A DNA stretch of 64,000 nt from positions 111,833-175,832 of the forward strand of contig LBOM01000003.1 in the NCBI GenBank assembly GCA_000989515.1, read 5' to 3'. Each line of letters begins with the position of its first letter. Position 1 is the stretch's first letter. The stretch is from Candidatus Nomurabacteria bacterium GW2011_GWE1_32_28 (GTDB taxonomy: Bacteria > Patescibacteriota > Minisyncoccia > Phycocordibacterales > UBA9973). Positions 49,923 to 58,432 of this stretch are shown here, one piece after another. The notes below the pieces were generated by a model that was not told the origin of the DNA, did no database searches, and was given only the letters and a program-made list of their open reading frames with translations. A program made the position numbers and the translations under genes.

Positions 49923-51512
49923 ATGAGCCCTTTAGAACTCAAAAACTTAATATCTAAAATTCCCAAAAAAGTTTTATTTGTAACGGACACGCTTGAAGAA
50001 GCAGGTTTTGAAGCGTACCTTGTTGGTGGGTGTATAAGGGATATTCTTATAGGTAGAGAACCAAAGGATTGGGACATAACGACAAATGCTAAACCAGAAC
50101 AAATTATTGGGCTTTTTGAAAAAACGGTATATGAGAATGAATTTGGTACTGTAATGGTTATTCAAGAAGATGTTTCACAAGAAACATTACGTCAAATAGA
50201 GGTTACACCATATAGAATTGAGGCAAAATATACTGATTTTAGGCACCCAGACGGGGTTTTATTTAGTAATGACATAGAAGATGATCTTAAGAGACGTGAT
50301 TTTACAGTAAATGCAATGGCTTTTAGACCTAAAGGACATGATAAAAACTTTGTAGATATATTTGGTGGTCTAAAGGACATAAAAGATAAAATATTAAAAG
50401 CGGTAGGCGAGCCTGATGATCGTTTTGTCGAAGATCCGCTTCGGATGCTTCGAGCCATTCGTATTGCTTTACAGCTTGGTTTTTCTATATCCTATGAAAG
50501 CAGTGAAAGTATTTTAAAAAATGCAGACTTAATAAAAAAAATATCACCAGAAAGAATTCGTGATGAATTTATAAAAATAATTATTTCACCAAATCCATCT
50601 GTTGGAATAGTGATGTTGCAAAAATTTGGATTATTAAAAAACATTATTCCAGAACTAGAAGAGGGAATAGGTTGTGAACAATCTGGGGAACATATCTATG
50701 ATGTGTGGAACCATTTACTTCATGCATTACAACATGCGGCAGATAAAGATTGGCCTTTAGAAGTAAGGCTCGCAGCCCTTTTTCATGATATTGGAAAACC
50801 AAAATCTAGGAGATCTATAGAAATAGAAGGAAATGCTCTCCGTCGTTCGCACACTATCTTGGAAGGGCAAGATCAAAAACTTTCGCAGCGAATACTCCTG
50901 CAAGCACATCCTTCTATTTCTAAGAAAAAATATACTTTTTATGGTCATGAAGTGATAGGGTACAGAATGGCAAAGAAAATATTAGAACGATTAAAATTTT
51001 CAAAAAAAGAAATTGAATTAATTGAAAAACTTGTTCGCAATCATATGTTTTTTTCTGATACAGAATTGATTACGCTTTCTGCTGTACGTAGAATTATTTC
51101 AAAAGTAGGAAAAGAAAATATTTGGCTTCTTATGGATGTCCGTGAGTGTGATAGAGTAGGCATGAAAAAAAAGGAAGCACCCTATCGTCTACGTAAATAT
51201 TTTGCAATGATAGAGGAAGCTCTACATGATCCTATATCTGTAGGACAGCTAAAAATAGATGGAGAATTCATGATTAAGGAACTTAAAATTAAGCCAGGCC
51301 CTAGAATGGGATGGATTTTACACGCTCTTTTGGAAGAAGTCTTAGATGACCCAACGAAGAATGATAAAGGACATCTTAGCCTTTTAGTTGAATCATTAAA
51401 TATGCTCGGTGATAATGAATTAAGGACATTGGGTGAAAGGGGAAAAGAAAAAAAGGATGAGCTAGAGATAGAAGAGATCGATAAATTAAAAAAGAGACAT
51501 GGAGTGAAGTAA
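49923..51512 (+). CDS. cca: CCA tRNA nucleotidyltransferase with HD domain
   Basis: VGGCIRD, DWDITT, RRDFTVNAMA, EDPLRMLR, ERIRDE, FHDIGK. Confidence 0.93.
   Translation: MSPLELKNLISKIPKKVLFVTDTLEEAGFEAYLVGGCIRDILIGREPKDWDITTNAKPEQIIGLFEKTVYENEFGTVMVIQEDVSQETLRQIEVTPYRIEAKYTDFRHPDGVLFSNDIEDDLKRRDFTVNAMAFRPKGHDKNFVDIFGGLKDIKDKILKAVGEPDDRFVEDPLRMLRAIRIALQLGFSISYESSESILKNADLIKKISPERIRDEFIKIIISPNPSVGIVMLQKFGLLKNIIPELEEGIGCEQSGEHIYDVWNHLLHALQHAADKDWPLEVRLAALFHDIGKPKSRRSIEIEGNALRRSHTILEGQDQKLSQRILLQAHPSISKKKYTFYGHEVIGYRMAKKILERLKFSKKEIELIEKLVRNHMFFSDTELITLSAVRRIISKVGKENIWLLMDVRECDRVGMKKKEAPYRLRKYFAMIEEALHDPISVGQLKIDGEFMIKELKIKPGPRMGWILHALLEEVLDDPTKNDKGHLSLLVESLNMLGDNELRTLGERGKEKKDELEIEEIDKLKKRHGVK
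50818..50922 (+). mobile_element. Family A hairpin insertion, in-frame in cca
   Basis: 105 bp; arms TAGAAATAGAAGGAAATGCT / AGCACATCCTTCTATTTCTA; core encodes [11 protein letters not shown]. Confidence 0.85.
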
Positions 51513-51682
51513 AAACAGAATAAAAAATAAATTAGTAATGACTATACGAGTGTCTAGTATTTTTATTGTTTTTATAATATGTTGACAAATAGAGCAACAT
51601 GTGCTAATGTTTTGTTTAGAATTGTGAGCATAGCTCGTCCAAGGTGGATTAGGTGTTCATTGTTAAAAGAATGGAGTAAAGA

Positions 51683-52225
51683 ATGAAAAGAATGTTTGTA
51701 TTTGTTGTTGCTGTTCTTTTTTTGGTAGTTATGCCATTAAAAGCTCAGTATGTAAAAACTGGTGAAATACTTTCACTTGATTATTTATGGGCGTTGTTAA
51801 ATATTGTGTTTTTTTCTATTTTTATGGTTGGATATATATATTATAAAAAAAATCCAACTGAGTGGAGACCTGTTGTTATTGGTGGTCTAAAAAACAAGGA
51901 AGATACATTAATTATCTTTTCCCAACAATCTAAGGACAAGGAATTCTCTCTCGTTCTTGGTAGTCAAAGAAGAGTTCGTATTTCTGGTTTTTGGAATACA
52001 CAGCATCCTGGAATTTTAGTGTCAATTCTTCATCATTATGATCAAGAAAAAGCTTGGGTTGCAAGATTTCGTGGTAGTGATGGCCTTGAAGAAGAAAGAT
52101 ATATACTTCAGTCATGTGGCAATAGTGTTCTGAGGGCTTGGCATATTCTTTCAATTGGTGCTTCTGTATTAGAAGGTTGGAATGAGAAGACAGATTATGT
52201 TAATTTTAAAGTATGTTACAACTAA
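51683..52225 (+). CDS. Hypothetical membrane protein
   Basis: GGAG RBS, TTGACA upstream, own terminator, two hydrophobic segments. Confidence 0.65.
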   Translation: MKRMFVFVVAVLFLVVMPLKAQYVKTGEILSLDYLWALLNIVFFSIFMVGYIYYKKNPTEWRPVVIGGLKNKEDTLIIFSQQSKDKEFSLVLGSQRRVRISGFWNTQHPGILVSILHHYDQEKAWVARFRGSDGLEEERYILQSCGNSVLRAWHILSIGASVLEGWNEKTDYVNFKVCYN

Positions 52226-52230
52226 TATTT

Positions 52231-52273
52231 TGAACCAGAAATTTCTAAAGAAATTTCTGGTTCTTTTTTTTTT
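52231..52273 (+). terminator. Intrinsic terminator
   Basis: GAACCAGAAATTTCT-AA-AGAAATTTCTGGTTC followed by a T run. Confidence 0.85.
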
Positions 52274-52378
52274 ATATAAATTAAATTTACATAAACCCTG
52301 ATAATTTTTTTATATATTTTAGAATTTTTTTTGAATATAACAATATTACTAATTTTAAAATATGCTATTATTTATAAT

Positions 52379-53338
52379 ATGAAAATTGGGATTTTTGATT
52401 CGGGGTTAGGAGGATTAATTATTGCGAAGGCAATAAGAAAAGTGATGCCAGAATATGACTATGTATATTTGGGAGACACAAAAAGAGTGCCTTATGGTAA
52501 TAGGTCGCATGAAGCTATTTATGAATTTACTCGTGAGGCGGTAGATTATTTATTTAAAAAAGAAGATTGCGCGATTATTATTATTGCTTGCAACACTGCA
52601 TCTGCAAGAGCACTAAGAAGAATTCAACAAGAATATTTAGTTGAATACAATGCGACACGTAGATTGATGGGGGATTATGAAAGAAAAATATTAGGTGTAC
52701 TTATTCCAGCTGCAGAAGAAGCTGCAAGATATAAGAGAGTAGGAATATTAGGAACTTTGGGAACAGTAAATTCAAATTCTTTTCCTAATGAAATTCAAAA
52801 AATAAATTTAGAAAAGAAAAAAAAATTAGAAAAAAATAATTATTTGTCCTTTTTTCAGCATACGCAACATTGTATTAGTAAACCATATTCAGGTTCGAGT
52901 GCGGGCTGTGAAAAAGGAGCAAATACTTATTTTTTAGATGAGATTGAAAATGATACAAAAGTATTTCAAAATTCTGCACCATTGCTCGTGCCTTTAATAG
53001 AAGAAGGGGAGAAAGTTTTAGCAGTACAATTTATTAAAAAATATTTGAAAACACTTCAAGTTAAAAAACTTGATGCATTAGTTCTCGGCTGTACACATTA
53101 TCCTTTTTATAAAAAAGAGATTAAAAAGATACTTGGTTCTAAAATTAAAGTAATCTCTCAAGATGAAATTGTTCCTAAAAAATTGAAAGATTATTTTGTT
53201 AACTATCCTGAAATTGAGAAAAAACTTTCTAAAAATAAAAAAGCAAAAATATTAGTGACAGATATAACTCCTAATATAAAAAAGTTATCTCAAAAATGGT
53301 TTGGGAAAAATACAGAATTGGAATTAATTGAATTTTAA
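52379..53338 (+). CDS. murI: Glutamate racemase
   Basis: IGIFDSGLGG, PYG, IACNTAS, LGCTHYP; start moved to MKIG. Confidence 0.96.
   Translation: MKIGIFDSGLGGLIIAKAIRKVMPEYDYVYLGDTKRVPYGNRSHEAIYEFTREAVDYLFKKEDCAIIIIACNTASARALRRIQQEYLVEYNATRRLMGDYERKILGVLIPAAEEAARYKRVGILGTLGTVNSNSFPNEIQKINLEKKKKLEKNNYLSFFQHTQHCISKPYSGSSAGCEKGANTYFLDEIENDTKVFQNSAPLLVPLIEEGEKVLAVQFIKKYLKTLQVKKLDALVLGCTHYPFYKKEIKKILGSKIKVISQDEIVPKKLKDYFVNYPEIEKKLSKNKKAKILVTDITPNIKKLSQKWFGKNTELELIEF
52831..52935 (+). mobile_element. Family C hairpin insertion, in-frame in murI
   Basis: 105 bp; core matches the reverse complement of 55123-55187; arms AAAAAATAATTATTTGTCCTTTTT / AAAAAGGAGCAAATACTTATTTTTT. Confidence 0.82.
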
Positions 53339-54123
53339 ATCTCTATCCAAATAGGGCAGTGGTCTGAGCCATGATAATCGGAAAGTATTCCTGTTTTTTT
53401 TATTCCTGTTTTTTTATTAAGAAAGTATTTGTCTGCAAAAAAGTAGTCTAGACGCCAGCCAACATTTCTGTCTCTTGCTCGAGTTTTTTGATCCCAGTAA
53501 GTATAAGAATCTTTTTTCTCTGGATAAAAATATCTAAAAACATCTATAAAATTATTTTTTATTACTTTACTAATCCATGCACGTTCTATGGGCAAGAATC
53601 CAGTATTCTCTTCATTTGCTTTTGGACGTGCGAGGTCTATCGCTTCGTGTGCTGTGTTTATATCTCCACAAAAAATAACGTGCTCGCCATTTTTGCGAAG
53701 TTTTAAAATAAATTTTAAGAAAGCATCATAAAATTCTAATTTGTATTTTAATCTATGTGGACCACTTCCACCGTTTGGAAAATACCCAGTGATGATTGTT
53801 GTTTTTTTATTTTTGTTTTCATATTTGGCAATTAATAATCTGCCTTCATCGTCGAATTTTTTTATTCCCATTCCATATAAAACTTCCTTTGGTTTTTCTT
53901 TTGAATAAATTCCCACACCACTATATCCTTTTCTTAATTTAGAATATGCAAAGTAAGAATGATATGGAGGAATGTTTCTCACATCTTCGTGTAACTGGTC
54001 TGGTTCTACTTTTGTTTCTTGTAAGCATAAAATATCTACTTTCCCTTTATCAAATAAGGGTATAAGAAAGCCTTGTTTTGCCGTTGCCCTTAATCCATTT
54101 GTGTTCCACGAAACTATTTTCAT
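53335..54123 (-). CDS. xth: Exodeoxyribonuclease III
   Basis: SWNTNG, LQETK, GYSGV, YFPNG, GDINTAH, GWRLDY, SDHCP. Confidence 0.96.
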   Translation of the reverse strand: MKIVSWNTNGLRATAKQGFLIPLFDKGKVDILCLQETKVEPDQLHEDVRNIPPYHSYFAYSKLRKGYSGVGIYSKEKPKEVLYGMGIKKFDDEGRLLIAKYENKNKKTTIITGYFPNGGSGPHRLKYKLEFYDAFLKFILKLRKNGEHVIFCGDINTAHEAIDLARPKANEENTGFLPIERAWISKVIKNNFIDVFRYFYPEKKDSYTYWDQKTRARDRNVGWRLDYFFADKYFLNKKTGIKKTGILSDYHGSDHCPIWIEI

Positions 54124-54124
54124 A

Positions 54125-55042
54125 TTATTTTTTAGAATGAAACTTTCTGTGAACTTCTTGCAATTGTTTGTCGGTCACGTGTGTGTAGATTTGTGTCGTT
54201 GCTATATTAGAATGTCCCAACATTATTTGCACACTTCTTATGTCTGCACCATTTTGTAAAAGATCAGTAGCAAAACAATGTCTTATAATATGAGGAGTAA
54301 CTTTTTTTGAGATACCAGCTTTTATAGCATAATGTTTTACTATCCTCTCTATCGATCTTCTTGCTAGTCCTTCTTTTTCATTTATACTTTTTTCTTTTGA
54401 TACTTTTACAAACAGAGCATCATCCATATCTTTTCTATTTTTTAAATATTCATTTATACATTTATTTGCTTCTTCTGAAACAAAAACTACTCTGACCTTG
54501 CTTCCTTTTCCTCGTATTGAAAATTCCCCAGCAGAGAAAGCCATATCTCTGGTGAGTGAACATAATTCAGAGACACGAAGACCAGTAGAAAAAAGTAATT
54601 GTAGTATCGCTCTGTCACGAAGTGATTTGATATCGTTTCCTTCTGGCGCAGAGAGTAGACGTTCGAGTTCTGTATGGGTTATCAAGTCAAGTTGTCTCTC
54701 AGGTACTTTTGCTAATTCTATTCTTTCAGCAGGAAGGGACTCTATCTTTTTCTTTGCTAAATATTTGAGAAATCCTCGTATACCTATCAGATAATAATTT
54801 TGAGTTTTCTTTTTTAATGTTTCACCATTTTGTCTGTTATTCCCGGCGCATTGTCTGTTTAGAAAAAGTCTAAATTCTCTCACGTTTTCATCGGTTATAT
54901 CTTTTACATCTTTTACTTTTATAAATTCTAAAAAACGAGTTATGTATCTGTCGTAATTTTCTACAGTTTTTAAACTTGAGCCTTTTTCAATTTCTAAATA
55001 TTCTAAAAATTCTCTTTTTAATTTATACACATCAGAGATCAT
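54125..55042 (-). CDS. XerC/XerD-like tyrosine recombinase
   Basis: TGLRVSEL, GKG.K.R, HIIRH.FAT, LGH, TTQIY. Confidence 0.92.
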   Translation of the reverse strand: MISDVYKLKREFLEYLEIEKGSSLKTVENYDRYITRFLEFIKVKDVKDITDENVREFRLFLNRQCAGNNRQNGETLKKKTQNYYLIGIRGFLKYLAKKKIESLPAERIELAKVPERQLDLITHTELERLLSAPEGNDIKSLRDRAILQLLFSTGLRVSELCSLTRDMAFSAGEFSIRGKGSKVRVVFVSEEANKCINEYLKNRKDMDDALFVKVSKEKSINEKEGLARRSIERIVKHYAIKAGISKKVTPHIIRHCFATDLLQNGADIRSVQIMLGHSNIATTQIYTHVTDKQLQEVHRKFHSKK

Positions 55043-55106
55043 TTATTGATTATATCATGCCTGCCTGCCTTCTAGTGGGTTGCACAATATTTAAAGAATT
55101 TATTAA

Positions 55107-55204
55107 AAATTGCAAGGTAGTATTTTTCACGGCCCGCACTCGAACTTGAACATGGTTTATCATCTTTATGAAGCGTATGCCGAAAAAACACTACCTTGCA
55201 ATTT
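55107..55204 (-). mobile_element. Family C hairpin element, intergenic
   Basis: Arms AAATTGCAAGGTAGTATTTTTC / GAAAAAACACTACCTTGCAATTT; core shared with the murI insert. Confidence 0.82.
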
Positions 55205-55224
55205 CTTCAGCTTTATGCTAAGAT
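55196..55224 (+). promoter_or_regulatory. Sigma70-type promoter of rpsO (probably leaderless)
   Basis: TTGCAA-17 bp-TAAGAT with extended TG; ATG 6 nt downstream. Confidence 0.65.
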
Positions 55225-55230
55225 AATCCA

Positions 55231-55494
55231 ATGTTAACTACAAAGAAAAAGCAGTTAGTTATAAAGAAAAATCAAGTTCACGAAAAAGACACAGGATCTT
55301 CTGTTGTTCAAGTTGCTATATTGTCTACTCAAATAGACGAACTAGCAAAGCATTTAAAGAAGCACAAAAAAGATAATAATTCTCGTCGTGGTCTTATCAA
55401 AATGGTAGCAGATAGACGAATTCATTTAAAATATTTAGAACGAAAAAATAAACCTCAATACAATGCAGTTGTTAAAAAAATGAAACTTGCTTAA
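55231..55494 (+). CDS. rpsO: 30S ribosomal protein S15
   Basis: HEKDTGS..VQVA and HKKDNNSRRGL. Confidence 0.98.
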   Translation: MLTTKKKQLVIKKNQVHEKDTGSSVVQVAILSTQIDELAKHLKKHKKDNNSRRGLIKMVADRRIHLKYLERKNKPQYNAVVKKMKLA

Positions 55495-55501
55495 TTGATC
55501 G

Positions 55502-55530
55502 AGCCCCCTGTCGGGGGCTTTTGTTTCTTT
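55502..55530 (+). terminator. Intrinsic terminator
   Basis: AGCCCCC-TGTC-GGGGGCT followed by TTTGTTTC. Confidence 0.8.
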
Positions 55531-55573
55531 TGCAAGATAGAGTTGAGACAGACTTCTGTGTTATAATAAATAT

Positions 55574-56083
55574 ATGACAGTTATAAAAAATAAAGAACAG
55601 AGAGTGGGTGTTTTTATTGATACTCAAAATTTATATCATTCAGCTCGCAACTTGTATAAGGCGAGAGTAAATTTTGGTGCTGTTTTGAAAGAAGCAGTAG
55701 CTGGCAGAAAGCTTGTTCGTGCGGTAGCTTATGTTATCACTTCTGAGGCAGGAGATGAAAAGAATTTTTTTGAAGCACTTGAAAAGTTGGGAATTGAAAC
55801 TAAGACAAAAGACTTACAGGTGTATTATGGTGGTTTTAAAAAAGGTGATTGGGACGTCGGTCTTGCTGTCGATGCTATTAAATTTGCACCGAAGCTCGAT
55901 GCTGTCGTATTAGTCGCTGGTGATGGGGATTATGTGCCTATGGTAGAATATATTCAGAGTATGGGAGTACAAGTAGAGGCAATTTCATTTGGTAAATCAA
56001 CTTCTGGTAAGCTTCGTGAAGCAGTTGATGATTTTATAGATCTTTCTTTGAATCCAAAGAAATATTTAATAGGAATGAGGTAG
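55574..56083 (+). CDS. NYN domain (LabA/DUF88) protein
   Basis: FIDTQN, KGDWDV, AGDGDY. Confidence 0.92.
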   Translation: MTVIKNKEQRVGVFIDTQNLYHSARNLYKARVNFGAVLKEAVAGRKLVRAVAYVITSEAGDEKNFFEALEKLGIETKTKDLQVYYGGFKKGDWDVGLAVDAIKFAPKLDAVVLVAGDGDYVPMVEYIQSMGVQVEAISFGKSTSGKLREAVDDFIDLSLNPKKYLIGMR

Positions 56084-56199
56084 TAATTATAAATTAATCG
56101 GTTCGCGTTTAGACAGAAAGTAGTGTTCTCAATATTGAGGAACAATACTGTAGTCTCAACACGAACCAAAACCTTGAATTTTTTTGAGGTAAAAATAAT

Positions 56200-58344
56200 A
56201 TGCAAAAAAAAGAGTATTCGGTAGAGATAGGTGGTAAGATATTAACCGCTATTTTCTCAAATTTAGCAGAACAAGCACATGGTTCAGTAATTTTAAAATA
56301 TGGTGAGACTATTGTGCTCGCTACGGCTTGTATGTCTAAAGACAGACAAGATGGTTTAGGGTTTTTTAATTTAACAGTAGATTATTTAGAAAAATATTAT
56401 GCTGTTGGAAAAATTTTAGGTTCTAGGTTTATGCACAGAGAAGGTAAACCATCAGAGGATGCAGTGCTCGCTTGTCGAGTAATAGACAGGACACTACGTC
56501 CACTTTTTGATCAGTCCATGCGTCATGCAGTGCAGATAATAGTTTCTGTCCTATCCTTAGACCAGGAAGATCCTACTATTTTGGCTGTGAATGCAGCTTC
56601 TCTTGCTCTTGCTGTCTCTGATATTCCTTGGGCAGGTCCTGTAGGAGCTGTACGTATTGGTAAATATGATAGTGATATTTTAACAGTGAGTCCCGCACAG
56701 AGTCTGAGAGAAGATGATTCTAAATATAAATTTGATCTTACTATTTGTGGAAAGGGTGGCAATATAAACATGATTGAAGCTGCTTCTCATCAGGTAAGAG
56801 AAGAAGAATTAGAAGAAGCATTTAAAAAAGCAAGTGAAGAAATAACAAAATTAGAAGATTTTCAAAAAAAGATAGTTGCAGAAATAGGTATCCCTAAAAG
56901 AGTAATAGAAAAAGAAAAGATAAGTGAAGAATCTATAAAATTATTTAATGAAAATATTTTGCCTAAAATGGAAGGAGCTTTGTTTTATGGTGTTGGTAAA
57001 AAGAAAATAGACGAATTACATAGTATTTGGAATAAAATGGTAAAGGATAATTATCCAGATAGGAAAGATTTTTCTCCTGAAGATGATCTTTTTGATAATA
57101 CAGAAAACGAAATGTTGCATAAAAAAGCTATTGATGAAGATAAGCGTGCTGATGGTAGAAAAATGGATGAACTTCGTGATCTATATGCTCAAGCTGGAGG
57201 ACTTTCTTCTATATTGCATGGTAGTGGGATTTTTTATCGTGGTGGAACACATGTACTTTCTGTTCTTACTCTTGGTGGTCCAGAGGATAAACTTTTGATA
57301 GATGGAATGGAAGCAAAAGAAGAAAAAAGATTTATGCATCATTATAATTTTCCTCCTTACTCAGGTGGTGAAGTCGGACGTACCGGTAATACTAATCGTA
57401 GAGAAGTAGGACATGGTGCTCTTGCTGAAAAAGCCTTGGCGATGGTACTGCCCTCTGTGGAAGAATTTCCTTATACTATGCGTTTAGTTTCTGAATCTAT
57501 GGCTTCCAATGGTTCTACCTCTCAAGCTTCTATTTGTGCTTCTGTTCTTGCACTTATGGATGGTGGAGTACCAATAAAAGCACCAGTTGGTGGTATTGCT
57601 ATGGGACTTATGATGGAATCAATTACGAATGAGCAATTACGAATTACGAAAGAACCTAGATACAAAATACTTACAGACATACAAGGACCAGAAGACCATC
57701 ATGGTGATATGGATTTTAAAGTTGCTGGTACAAGAGAAGGAGTGACAGCTATTCAACTTGATGTAAAAGTGGAAGGAGTACCAATAAAAATATTAGCTGA
57801 AGCTATGATTCAAGCTAAAATTGCAAGACTTGCTATTATAGATAGAATTGAAAAAGAAATTCCAAAAGCTAGAACTGAAATTTCTAAAAATGCCCCAAAG
57901 ATTTTAATTATAAAAATTAAGCCAGACCAAATAGGTATGGTTATAGGTGGAGGTGGAAAAACTATTAAAGATATAAAAGAAAGAACTGGTGCTGAAATAA
58001 CTATTGAAGATGATGGAACGGTATATCTAACAGGAAAAGATGATAAGGCAGAAATGGCAAAGAAAATAATTGAAGAAATGACACATGAATTTAATATTGG
58101 AGAAATTCTAAAAGGTGAAGTTGTAAGAATTGCAGATTTTGGAGCTTTCGTGAGACTTAATCCTTTTACTGATGGTATGGTTCATATTTCTGAAATGGCA
58201 CCATTTCGCGTAGAAAGAGTTAGTGATATTATAAAGGAAGGTATGATAGTGCCTGTGAAGATTTTGAAAGTTGATAGAGAGCAAGGCAAAATAAGTTTGT
58301 CTATCAAAGAAGCAGATAAAGATTTCTTCGCACCTAAAAAGTAA
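56200..58344 (+). CDS. pnp: Polyribonucleotide nucleotidyltransferase
   Basis: RVIDRTLRP, RREVGHG, SNGSTS, GDMDFKVAGT, KH and S1 domains; in-frame heptamer tract at 57620-57650 (SITNEQLRITK). Confidence 0.98.
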   Translation: MQKKEYSVEIGGKILTAIFSNLAEQAHGSVILKYGETIVLATACMSKDRQDGLGFFNLTVDYLEKYYAVGKILGSRFMHREGKPSEDAVLACRVIDRTLRPLFDQSMRHAVQIIVSVLSLDQEDPTILAVNAASLALAVSDIPWAGPVGAVRIGKYDSDILTVSPAQSLREDDSKYKFDLTICGKGGNINMIEAASHQVREEELEEAFKKASEEITKLEDFQKKIVAEIGIPKRVIEKEKISEESIKLFNENILPKMEGALFYGVGKKKIDELHSIWNKMVKDNYPDRKDFSPEDDLFDNTENEMLHKKAIDEDKRADGRKMDELRDLYAQAGGLSSILHGSGIFYRGGTHVLSVLTLGGPEDKLLIDGMEAKEEKRFMHHYNFPPYSGGEVGRTGNTNRREVGHGALAEKALAMVLPSVEEFPYTMRLVSESMASNGSTSQASICASVLALMDGGVPIKAPVGGIAMGLMMESITNEQLRITKEPRYKILTDIQGPEDHHGDMDFKVAGTREGVTAIQLDVKVEGVPIKILAEAMIQAKIARLAIIDRIEKEIPKARTEISKNAPKILIIKIKPDQIGMVIGGGGKTIKDIKERTGAEITIEDDGTVYLTGKDDKAEMAKKIIEEMTHEFNIGEILKGEVVRIADFGAFVRLNPFTDGMVHISEMAPFRVERVSDIIKEGMIVPVKILKVDREQGKISLSIKEADKDFFAPKK

Positions 58345-58432
58345 TTATATTTACTAAATATATTCACAAGTTGAACTTGCCTGAGTTTTGGGTTTTTTGA
58401 GTAAATTTTCTATAAATGTTAAAATAAACAAA

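Noticed and set aside
416-50922. G-U wobble bias in the arms as a sign of the functional strand
   Set aside because: Mismatches favour the plus strand in some copies and the minus strand in others, with no consistent relation to mRNA or core orientation
416-52935. In-frame inserts as inteins or group I/II introns
   Set aside because: At about 35-40 codons they are far too short and lack intein C/S...HN termini or intron core motifs
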